The notes under the pieces are model-generated. The model saw nothing but the letters and a program-made list of their open reading frames with translations, ran no database searches and was not told the origin of the DNA. This document shows positions 12,833 through 23,382 of a DNA stretch of 64,000 bases, piece by piece. A program made the translations under genes and the position numbers. How positions within the stretch are numbered: the first letter of the stretch is position 1; every line of letters starts with the position of its first letter. The DNA lies in contig NC_082739.1 of NCBI RefSeq assembly GCF_030144855.1, forward strand, positions 35,774,001-35,838,000, written 5' to 3'. The DNA is from Hypanus sabinus (taxonomy: Eukaryota).

Positions 12833-13240
12833 CCATGGCTGCCTCTTTTACCATGACGAGACCACTCTCAGGTTAGAGGAGTAACACTTCATATTCTGTC
12901 CAGGTAATCTCCATGAACATTGATTTCTCCAACTTCTGGTCATTTTCCCCCTCCCCTTCTATCGTCTTCAATTCCCCACTCTAGCCTTTTACCTCTTCTC
13001 CTCACCTGCCTATCACCTTCCCTGGGTGCCCCTCCTTCTCCCTTTCTCCCATGGTCCACTCACCTATCAGATTCCTCCTTCAATCCTTTGCCTTTTCCAC
13101 CTATTACCTCCCAATATCTTTCTTCATCCCTCTTCTTCCCCCCCCCCCCACCCACCACGACTTTATTCTGGTATCTTCCCTATTCCTTTCCATAGATGCT
13201 GCCTGACCTACTGAATTCCTCCAGCATTTTGTGTGTTGCT
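12833..13240 (+). mobile_element. 5'-truncated Penelope-like retroelement (ORF C-terminus plus terminal repeat)
   Basis: Degraded ETTLRLEE*HFIF...NIDFSNF (PLE GIY-YIG C-terminal end), a CT-rich tract, then ccatagatgctgcctgacctactgaattcctccagcattttgtgtgttgc. 14-bp TSD ctggtttaagaggt (12819-12832) and ctgatttaagaggt (13241-13254). Confidence 0.85.
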
Positions 13241-13369
13241 CTGATTTAAGAGGTGAATGTCATTTCAGGTATAGAATTTTTATTCAGTTGTGATTGTGAG
13301 GAAAAGGTTAGTTGGGAAAATCAGTAATGCAAAGCCTTCATAAGTATGTTTTACAAATGTTTATTCCTG

Positions 13370-14217
13370 GAAGCAAACAGAAAACAAATGCTGGAAATTC
13401 TAAAACAAAAGTAAATTAATGCTGGGAAACTCAGCAGGTCCAGGAATATCTGTGAAAGGAGAAACCAAGTTGATGTTTCAGGTCAATATTTCTTCCTTTG
13501 TTTATAAATGTTGGGCAACAACAAACCATTGTGAAGTTCATCACTGTTATGACTACTGTCATGATGAAAGTTGCATCATTCTTTTCATGTCTAAATACAC
13601 ACATATTACAGCTTGGAAACAGGTCATCTATCCCATATTTACACAAATCATCTAAAGCTACTAACTCATAGTGCAATCCTCTATCCTTTTTTCTAAACTA
13701 CTTTGCTTTTAAGTTATCTTATTGATTCCATGTAAATTCCTGATTGTCATCATTCTCTGAATAGTATTCTACTGAATTCTATGTAAAATGTATTGCATTA
13801 TCTTCCATTTATGTTGGGTTACACTTACAGGTGAACACAACTTAGATGCATTTACTCTATTAAAGCATTTGATAATCTGAAAGAACTGATAACGGGTCAC
13901 CCTGTCAGCTTTTTCTCTTACAATATGAATCCTATTTGTTGAGCTTTGCTTGCCAGGCACTCTGTTCCTTTTTGTTGAGTAATTTTTTTTAATTGAGATA
14001 TTTTTGCTTTAATTTGCTTGCAAAAAAGAAAGCCTCGATTTCACTGTTTGCAAAAGAATTGGCCAAGGATAGGGAGCGGTTGGTTAAATGTTATTTCCAG
14101 CACACAGAGCCTGGTTTTACCAAAGCACTTTTTCCTTCTGTAGATGCTGTTTGACCTGAGTTGTTCCAGCTTTGTGTGTTACTCCAGATTTCTGGTATCT
14201 GCAGAATCTTGTGTCTC
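13370..14217. repeat. Two further Penelope terminal-repeat fragments (~13370-13490 minus; ~14130-14217 plus)
   Basis: aatgctgggaaactcagcaggtccaggaatatctgtg and tagatgctgtttgacctgagttgttccagc...tatctgcagaatc. Confidence 0.6.
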
Positions 14218-15573
14218 TACTTTATAAATGTTCCTGTTCAGCTGCTATTTTTGCTAATTGTGAATGTATTCATCCACATGTGCGCGCACACACACAGAGC
14301 ATAGTTACATTGCAATAGGAGCTTACTTACCTCACTGCCTCATCATCTTCCACAGTCCCCTAACATACCCCTCCCCTGACTCTGGCCTCTCAGCTAGCTG
14401 TGCCTAGAAGCTATTTGCTTGCATATTACTGCTCTTTGCACAGTAGCTGTATTGAAGGATTTCCTTTGTATATTTGTGTATGTTACTACTGGAAATGAGC
14501 TATAAGCAATTGTGGCTTTCCTTTGCCACTGAACTTGATTTTTTTTCCACTGGAGTTCTGTTGCCTTGTGTCTTGAGTACGCTGAAAAGTCATTTGGGGT
14601 AAAGCGTCATCTCTGTGGATATTTCAAGATAAAGTAGTGTGTTTATGGATGGGTTGGGGTTTAAAATACTCCAATATGTTTTAACAGTGCTGGCCCAACT
14701 ACTGGTGTCACCCTGAAAGTGAAATCAGAACAATATCTGTGTAACCAGCTGGTCAAAAATAAGGAAAATATATAGAGAAGTCCTGGCTTTAACGTTTCCT
14801 TTCCTTAATATTATTCTTATTGTATTCATTCTTTCTTGAAGCTTTTCCTTTTTATCTATTTTACTCTTGCATATTTTCATTCCTGTTCTGTTGACATTGG
14901 TCTGCATCTGAAGTTTTGAATTTTGTTAGTATTTAAGGAGTTAGGTTTGGAAGGTGTTGGAGCCATTATCAGCTATTACAATTTAATCTTGCAGAATGTT
15001 ACAGTTGGTGGGTGAGGTGCCAGTTAAGTAACCATTTTATCCTAAATTGTGTGTTTATTTTTCTATGCTCATTCAGACAGTATATTTCATCATACCTCTA
15101 ACTTTTACCTTGAAGATGGTGGAAAGATTTTTGAGAATTAGACATTGAATCACTCAATGTAGAATACCCTCTTGTTGCTACATATTCACCTAGTTCGGTA
15201 AAGTTTTTAGTCCACAGTAGATATTATGGATTCAAGGATAGTATTGCATTGAATGTTGAGGTGATTGGGCTTCCTCTGATCTGAGCCAGCCTTTGCCTGG
15301 CATTTCTGTGAAATAAGTGTTACTTGCCTTTTTTAAGCTTAAACCTTAATATTGTCACGATCCTGTTGTGTGTGAGCATTGCCTAAATCAGAGTTCTGAT
15401 TTTTTCCTTTCTCAGTTCACTTTCTTCTTCCTTCACCATCTTTTTGTTTACTGCAAAGCTGGCCTGATCTTGGTGTTATCAGTGTTTGGTGCTATGTGTA
15501 CTCCTTAGGTAGTTAATGGCTGGTGTTTATATTCCATGTTAAATTCTCCTATTTTTAAATTTTTTTTCTGCAG

Positions 15574-15830
15574 ATGTTTCACTAAAACAAATGGCACTTT
15601 CCCCAGCAACAATTTGCCCATGTTGCAGCTAACTCCAACCTGTCATGAAGACAGCATGGAGATGGTGCCTTTAAATCACGTAATTGCTCCATTATGCCCT
15701 GGAACCGTTGTTACTGAAAACAATAGTGAGGCAGAGTATGATAGTACAAAAGAAAATGCTGAACAGTCCCCTTGCCAAGATTCTTGCTGCAATGAGAACC
15801 AAGACTCTGTATTTGCGGACAATATAGAAG
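15574..15830 (+). CDS. CDON: CDON penultimate coding exon
   Basis: Polypyrimidine tract plus ctgcag|A acceptor and G|gtatgt donor, phase 2-1. Translates (R)CFTKTNGTFPSNN...EMVPLNHV...PCQDSCC...DNIE. Confidence 0.93.
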
Positions 15831-15884
15831 GTATGTTTGTTGATTGCATCCAGTTCTCTATTGGTTTATATCTTGGGAATTCTT

Positions 15885-16108
15885 CTCTTAAGCCCATCAT
15901 CCCTACTGGAGCATAGGCCACGGACAGCAGTTTGCCAGAGTTCTCTGTCCTGGGCCAGTCTTTTAAGTATCCTTCCTCTCCCAAGGGTGAGGACTTTGAA
16001 GCTTCTGTTGGCAGTTCTGAAGCTCTGTTTTTACAGGATGTGGTTGCTTGTCCCATGACCAACCCTCCTCATCTTGCATCCAGGCTTGGGACCATCCATG
16101 GCGGAGTT
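15885..16108 (-). mobile_element. Short non-autonomous RTE-related retroelement
   Basis: Minus strand has an RTE-like gcaaccacatcctgtaaaaac motif and a gcctatgctccagtaggga...ttaagagaagaa tail. TSD GGAATTCTT at 15876-15884 and 16112-16120. Confidence 0.7.
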
Positions 16109-16399
16109 TTAGGAATTCTTAGTTCCCATTATTCCTGGTATTTGGTTCTTCTCACGGGCATTTCCAGGAGTACCCTTGAAATGAGGTAGACGAGAATCTA
16201 TTTGCATGCCAAAGGAGAAGGAAAGTTTCATCTGAGTCACAAGTGGCATCAAAATCACTGCTGTTCATTTTCTACATTTATACCAGACAGTTAATTATGA
16301 ACTAACTTGCCCTGCACAGATAAGCATATAAGGTTGTGTCCTTGATTAATTTTTTTGAAGGGTATTGGGATCTGTCACAGATCACAATTATTCCAGCAT

Positions 16400-17165
16400 A
16401 AGAACCAACTATTTTCCTATTGAGCATATATACCAAGTCTGTGTAAGAGCAGTTGAGTAAATATAATTTCTTCCCCCTCCCCCCACCTCCTTTGCTCTAC
16501 AGATGTTCTTCAGTATCAACTGCTCTGCATAAATTTTCCTCTCACCTTATGCACTTACTTTTAATACCCCTACTATGGCAAAAAGGCATTGACTATCTAC
16601 CCCATCTATACCTCCAGTAATTTTATACCTCAAGCAGGTCACCTGTCAGCCTCATTTGTTCCAGTTTCTCCCCATTACTAAATCTTCCAATCCAGCCAAC
16701 ATCCTGGTGAGCTTCCTCTGCACTCTTCAGCTCAACCATAGTGCAGAGACCAGAACTGCACACACTACTCCAAATGAGGCCTAACCAATATTTTGTAAAG
16801 TTGCAACCTGACATCCAAACTTGTACTCTGTGTCCTCAACCTTTGAAGGCAGTCGTGCAAGTGGCTTCACTTCCCTATTAACCTGTATTCCACTTTCTGG
16901 GAACTGTGGACTTAGATTCCTAGATCTCTCTATTGAACCACATTCCTTAAGGCCTTATCATTTACCATTCATGGCTGCCCCTATTTGACTTCCAAAAATG
17001 CATCACCCTGCACCTGTAGGATAACAGGATATTTGGCCTGTTGAATGTGTACAGCACCATATGAAAGCAATCCAGCTTGTCTCTTTCCCCATAGCCCTTG
17101 AGATTCTTTCCTTTCAAAGAGCTTACCCAGCTCCCTTGTGAATGCTGCAATTGCATTCACCTCAA
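16400..17165 (-). mobile_element. Degraded CR1 fragments
   Basis: cagaactgcacacactactccaaatgaggcctaacc reads VRPHLE.CVQF on the reverse strand; CR1 tails present. Confidence 0.75.
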
Positions 17166-17169
17166 GCAT

Positions 17170-17360
17170 ACTTTACAATTTGTGTTCTCAGTAATATTTT
17201 TATTTGCACACTTTTGCTCATTGGTGTTTGTCAGTCTTTGTTTATGCATAATTTTTTGTGTTCTATTTTATTTCATTTTTCCTGTGTGCTTGCAAGAAAA
17301 TGAATCTCAACGTAGAATATGGTAACATATACGTACTTTGAATTTTGAATTGTGAACTTG
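17170..17360 (+). mobile_element. Rex1/Babar-type LINE 3' UTR fragment
   Basis: gcaagaaaatgaatctc...atatggtaacatatacgtactttgaattttgaattgtgaacttg tail. Confidence 0.55.
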
Positions 17361-17749
17361 CAGATAGAGCCAGAATTACTTCAGCATTGATTGCTGCACC
17401 ATTGTAGCACAAAAAAAACTGCTGTCAATTGCATTATTCTTATATCATGAAGGAACCTGCACTGAAATTTAGAACTAAATATTAATCTCAATGTTAAAAT
17501 TAAAGAATGGAGAATTGTCTTCTGCATACGCAGCTGTGTGGCAGTGGAGCTTAAGATATAATTAGTGGCTTCCAGTGGAGGGGTAAATATTGGCAACAGC
17601 AACAAATAAATTATAAAGCCATAAATTTGCAGGACTGAAGAGACTTTTTGACTCACATTTTCAGGCAAGTTATGCACTTTTTTTAGATGGTCAGTATAAG
17701 GGAGACTGTGTCTTATACCTAATTGAGTTTTTTTTTGAGAAAGTGACAA

Positions 17750-18747
17750 ACCTTAGTAAAGCATTTGACAACATCTGTCTTGGTAGGCTGTTGGAAAAGG
17801 TTAAGGTACATGAGATCTTCAGAAGCTTATCAGATTAGATTCAAAATTGGCTTGGCTTTGGAAGATAGGGCACTGATGGGGTGGGGGGGAGGTGGTATTA
17901 TTCTGGAGTTCTGTGGCCAGGGGTGCTTGTACAAGGATCAGTGCTGAGACTTGTCAGCTGCATACTTAGTATTTACAAAAATTGGTAGTGCTGTGGAAGG
18001 CGAAGGTAATTGCAGGATATACAAACGTTGTAGATTGGTCAAAAATATTCATGGAGTTTAATCTAGAGAAGCATGAGATCTTGCATAATAGATCAGTGGA
18101 ATCTTGGGTGTAGTTGCATCGCTCCCTCAAAGTAGCTGGACAAGTTGGTGGTGTTGTAAAGAAGGCTTATGGGATCATTGCCTTTTATCAATCAGGGCAC
18201 TGAGAATGAAAGTTAACAAGTCATGTTGCAGCTGTATAAAACTTTGGTTAGATCACATTTGGAGTATTGTGTACAATTCTGGTCAACACTATAGGAAAAA
18301 TGTGGAGGATTTGGAGGCAGTGCAGAAAAGGTTTCCTAGGATATTATCTGGACTAGAGAATATTAGCTTTAAGCAGATGCTGGACAAACTTGGATAGTTT
18401 TCTCTGGAGCATCAGAGACTGAGGAGCAGCTCGATAGAAGTTTATAAAATTATGAGGTGTGCTTGGTAGATATTTAGTCTTTGTTGCAAGATGGAAAGAT
18501 AAAATACTAGAAGTCATAGTTTAAACATGAGAGGGAGAAAGTTTGAAAGAGATTAATAAAGCAAGTTTTTTTTTAAGTGGTAGGTGCCTGAAACAAGCTG
18601 CCAGGAAAGATGGTAGATAATCACATATAAGAGGCATTTAGACAGATATATGAACAGACAGGAGATGGAAATGCATAGGCCAGATGGGAGAACTTTAAAT
18701 TAGCATCATGGTCAGCACATGTTCCCATGCTATTCTGCTCTATGTTC
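17750..18747 (+). mobile_element. Degraded CR1 ORF2 3' half
   Basis: ORF track shows HYRKNVEDLEAVQKRFPRILSGLE; tail ends ctgctctatgttc. Confidence 0.8.
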
Positions 18748-19094
18748 AAAATTCTAGATCGCCCTTTCCCCACTAATCCCACCAGTTGCAAGGAATTTCC
18801 ATGATGCAGGATTGCAAATGTGAGTGAGAGTGAGTAACTTAACTCATTTGCCGCTTAAGGGAAGTGCGGTTTTCCTATTCATTCTCATCTAAGTCTCTCA
18901 TAATTTTGGTTATCTTAATTAAATTTATAGTGTCTTGTTCCAAAGAAAGCAACCCAAGCATATCCAATCCTTTTTTATGCTTAAAATCTTCCAAAAGCAC
19001 AAACTACTCCAGGTTTGCAATGTTCTTGAAAATTTATTTCTCAAAAGTGAGATCTATATTGGTATTGTGGTGACAGAACAATTATTGTTCCATC

Positions 19095-19304
19095 TGCATG
19101 GAATGGGCTGCAGGCAATGGTGGTGGAGGCAGATACGATAGGGTCTTTTAAGAGACTTTTGGATAGGTACATGAAGTTTAGAAAAATAGACGGCTATGGG
19201 TAACCCTAGTAATTTCTAAGGTAGGGACATGTTCGGCACCTACGTTTGTACCTTTGTGGGCTGAAGGGCCTAAATCATGCTGTAGGTTTTCTATGTTTCT
19301 ATGT
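19095..19304 (+). mobile_element. CR1 3' end just upstream of the last CDON exon
   Basis: Closely matches the reverse complement of 45116-45300; ends in ttctatgtttctatgt repeats. Confidence 0.85.
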
Positions 19305-19337
19305 ACATTAGTTAACCCTTGACACTTTTCCTTAAAG

Positions 19338-19501
19338 GCAACAAATATCCTGACTTGGAGAATGAGAAAATGAGCTGTGATCCTCTTCCTTCTAACTCTA
19401 CTCCAATGGACAATGTCAATGCAACAGCCTGGAGTACAAGAAGACTTGCTGAAGACAACATTTGCGAGGACCCAACAGAAGGAGAACTAAAGAAAACTTA
19501 G
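19338..19501 (+). CDS. CDON: CDON terminal coding exon, ending at TAG
   Basis: cttttccttaaag|GC acceptor, phase 1 compatible with the previous exon. Translates (G)NKYPDLENEKMSCDPLP...AWST...EDPTEGELKKT*. Length and the WS...DxxE pattern resemble the CDON C-terminus, but similarity is low. Confidence 0.8.
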
Positions 19502-22300
19502 GGAGCCTTTCCCCGTTTGCTTGAAGCCTATTACTGCATCGAAGTCACTGAAAGGACCAAGGAGGGATCAGAAAATAACACTATTTATTTCTCTTTGTAG
19601 TAGTAAAATATTACTCCCTATGAATGTATTTGATTTAAAGATGTCTTCACCTTTTTTAATTATTTATGCTATCAGAGGAGAAATTCCTTTTTTGCAGAAT
19701 GTGGAGTTTTAGCCTTGTTTTGTATAAAGTTTTGTAATAATATAAAGAAAGAGGAAGCTATAGAATTGTTAATTAAAATTGCATCATACCTATCTGGTGG
19801 ATTGAAAAGCACTTGGAAGGTGGACATTTTGAGATTCAATGCCCAGATTGAGACACAAGAGCTGATCCCTGAAAGGACCCGTAGGACGGGTAATGCAAAT
19901 TGAGGGTTTTGTGGTTACAGGAACCTATGTGTATTACATAGAGACAATAGTTGCTGATTTGTAGGTAACAGGACTGGTAAAAGACCGTACCCATGATTAT
20001 TAGACTGACTCCATTTACATGGACCAACTTGATCAACATCAAGTTGAAAGCATCCTATCTCCTTCTGTTTGCATTGCAATCATAAACCTGCCAATATATA
20101 ATGTATTAATTTTTTAAAAAGTGAACCTTGGATGAGGCATGGCCTCACTACACATCAGAAGCCAACAAGTCCAGGTCATGCTGCACATGGTGTTCCCATC
20201 AATAGCCAAAGAAACATGGCTAAATAAATGACTGTCTCCAGTCTTTCACTGCTCAGCTTTGTGCTGAATATTTAAAGTTTGCTTTTTAATGACACTACTC
20301 AGTTCCATGTATAGTAAAGCATTAAAAGTCCATGTAAGTGGAGTTGTGATTGCTTATAGAGCTTCACCAGTCTTTACTCATAAAACCAAGATGTGCAGCA
20401 AGTCCAACTACACCTACTAACTGTCAACTGCAATTATGGTAATACTTTGTTTAACAAGGAGTATGACAATTTTAAATATTTAGCTGTATAATTAATGCAC
20501 TTTTTGGATGCATTTGCCCAGCTGTTACATAATTGACCTAGTTTTTAAGGGGAAATGAAGTTTCATTGACAATGTTTGAATTTGGTTGACGTTGCAGCTT
20601 TGTGTATTACGGATCCAGTATGATGGTGTGCTGTTTCATGATCTTTCATTATTGTGCATTGTATTTTAGTGTGTAGATTGTCTGCAGGTACTCGTCGTCG
20701 TGGCTAATTGTAGCAGCTTTAAATCTAGGTGTATCTGGCTAAGGAAGGACCAAGGGCTTCCAGAATGTGCACTTTCCCAATTCACTTATAAATGTATTAA
20801 TATTTGGTGAATTAAGATGGAAAGAAGCAAGAGCCCCCAGTTCTGACACATTTACCTCAGTATAGCCATTCAACATCTGAGTTAATTTGTCGTTTTCATT
20901 GGGTCCAAATGAGCAAGATTACTCTTTCCCCTGTTGGTTGTGCTTTTTCTCTTTAACATGTTTAATATGCAAGGCCTGTATATTCATAGTTTTTTTTTCA
21001 ATGGATGCCTTCCTTGTACTCCAATTCCCAATTTCCTGACCACTGATCTACTAATCAGTCCCTCTCATCAGTTTCTGTTTCTCTGAAACAAATGGCCTTT
21101 TTATTTGGAGATGGTTAATCATACTAAAAAATAAATACTCCAGTTCTGTCAAACCTGCTAGCAGTTCACTATAATGTATTGGCTATTGAAACTATTTCTT
21201 CCTTTTTCTATGGGATTGATCTTTGCTCTAGGCTTGAGAAGATCTCCCAGCAACTGGTCAGGAGCCAGATCAGAATAAAACCGAAATAACCCAATGGCTC
21301 TATCAGAATAATATCTTGGATGAGATTCTTGGGGACATGAACAAATTCCCCTTTAGGATAAAATGTACTTATTAAGGTGATTCTTTCCAAAACATTGCCC
21401 GTTGAAGGAATTTGCACTTGTAAACCACTTCCACCACAGTAAAGAACGGAAGTAACATAGACCATCCTTCATAATAAATCAAAGCAATGATATAAGCAAA
21501 TATTTAGTATTTTATCAATCATGTGATTTTAGAAAAGTGTAGGTTATCGTTTTTGTTTATCTTATGAAACACCTGACGTTGGGAAGGGCTTTTAAATCCC
21601 CATTCATTCCACAGCTATGAAAACCTAGGTCCGACATTTATTATAACATTTTCATCTGTAAAAATAAACATGAGGGTTAATAGATTTGTGTCATATTCCT
21701 CTCTATCATAAGCAGATTAGCAACTTTCAAGACTCATTCAAAGCATGTTGTTAAATTATTGATTCCAATAACGTACTGCTGAGAAAATATCAAACATCCT
21801 ATAATATTCTGTTGAGTGTAGTAAAATAAAAAGATGCAATTAGCCTCTGGGCATTGTGAGGGTGTTTAGGAGATTGGATTAGGTACACCTGATGCAGTTT
21901 GTAACCCCTTAGTTAGTCTGGTACTCGGTCTGAGTCTGGCTGCAATAAATTCTGGACTTGGTTCATGTTTTTTGTGTCAACAGGACAGACTTACCTGGAG
22001 CTCTGCAGTTGTAAATATTAACCTCAAAAGCAAACAAGGCTTTCACAGATTATCCCCAAATTCCATTGTGATGAATCATAAGACAAACTGCCTAAGTATC
22101 TTTCACCCTCTTATCAGAAACAAATAGTGCTGACTTTTTAAATGCATGTTTTTGTATTATATAGAAAATATGCTATATTTTCATAAATGGTTGTAATATT
22201 CTTGTTGAAATTGTACATATTTTTCTAAATATGATAGCTCATTGAAATCTGTAAGATACTGTTAATATTAAAGATGATGCTGTTGCCTCCATTTGCTAAG
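19502..22300 (+). other. CDON: Probable CDON 3' UTR
   Basis: AT-rich with no recognisable TE after the stop. Several AATAAA hexamers (~20223, ~21130, ~21663, ~21825, ~21943), then TGTACATA (22212-22219) and ATTAAA (22267-22272). The 3' end is inferred. Confidence 0.6.
22267..22272 (+). terminator. Candidate distal polyadenylation signal ATTAAA
   Basis: Preceded by U-rich and UGUA elements at 22140-22260, with GU-rich sequence downstream (~22360-22380). Confidence 0.45.
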
Positions 22301-23211
22301 TGTCTTGATAGTGCAGCAGCAACACAGTGTAATACCCCAAACTTTGATTCTGCCATGATTTACTTTTGTGTGTTTGGGTAGCAGTGTATTGATACAGTGA
22401 GTGAAAGGGTCAATATTGTAAAGAAAGGTGGGTGTCTTAATCTGTATAGTCCATAATTATCAGATACATCTCCAGTTGTTGTTGGGAAAAAACAAAGTTT
22501 AGCCCAGTCGGTGTGGATATATACAATACAAACTTCTAATGATCAATATTTTGAGGTTCCTGCCAGAACAACAGATCGGCAGTGATTCATTGTAACCTGT
22601 AAACTCAAGGTGACTTGGGATGTTTTTAACTTGTAGGAATCGTTATAGCTAGATTCTACTCTATTGCTTAACCTTTTCAATAGATAGCATTAAACTGCAG
22701 GAATATTATGTTTTCCCTTTTGCCCAATGTACCCCGAAATTAACTGATTTAGACAAGCTAGTATCAAGTCTCGCTGGTTTACACCATTCGAAGTTTCCCT
22801 TTGGGCTGATTGTATCTTTAATATTAAAAAATGGAAGTATTTAATTTTAATCCACAATTTGTATTTGCATTGATTATTTTTAAGATTGAAGAGCTTATAT
22901 CGGTTAGAGTCATAATGTGGCATGACAATTTACTGCAACTTCTGGCATCTGCCTCAACATCTCAGTGTTTTCACATGCTATTCTGTTATAAGTAATGATT
23001 CTTAACTGATAAATGAAGATGGTCAAGATTGACTTATGACTCATAACTCACTTCAGTTTTCACATTTAGTAGAATCTTAAAGTAGCTAGCTGTGGTGGGA
23101 TCTTCAGTGGATTCAGGCAGCAATTGAAACAAGAGTTTATCGCAGAGCAAAAAAAAATGAGCAATGTCAAGCCACCTATTTGGAGGAAAGTGAGGACAGC
23201 TAAGCTTGGTA

Positions 23212-23378
23212 AAGTAGTGTAGTGGCATCAGCACCGGACTTCAAGGCGAGTAGTTCTATTTTCAAATCTGGCCAACTCTTTGCATGCTTTCCATCCATGC
23301 TGGGCGCAACTCTGCCTTGTAAAAAGAAAAGTACACAAAAGAAATGGCAAGGTTGCTGGCCTGATGTGCAAAAAGTAA
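23212..23378 (+). mobile_element. tRNA-derived SINE (same family as 30900-31118)
   Basis: A-box-like tagtgtagtgg, degenerate B box, and shared body ttgcatgctttccatccatgctggg...ccttgtaaaaa. Confidence 0.7.
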
Positions 23379-23382
23379 TGAC

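Noticed and set aside
15676-16062. 128-aa antisense ORF overlapping a CDON exon
   Set aside because: Half lies in a retroelement and half is the antisense shadow of the exon; no independent support.
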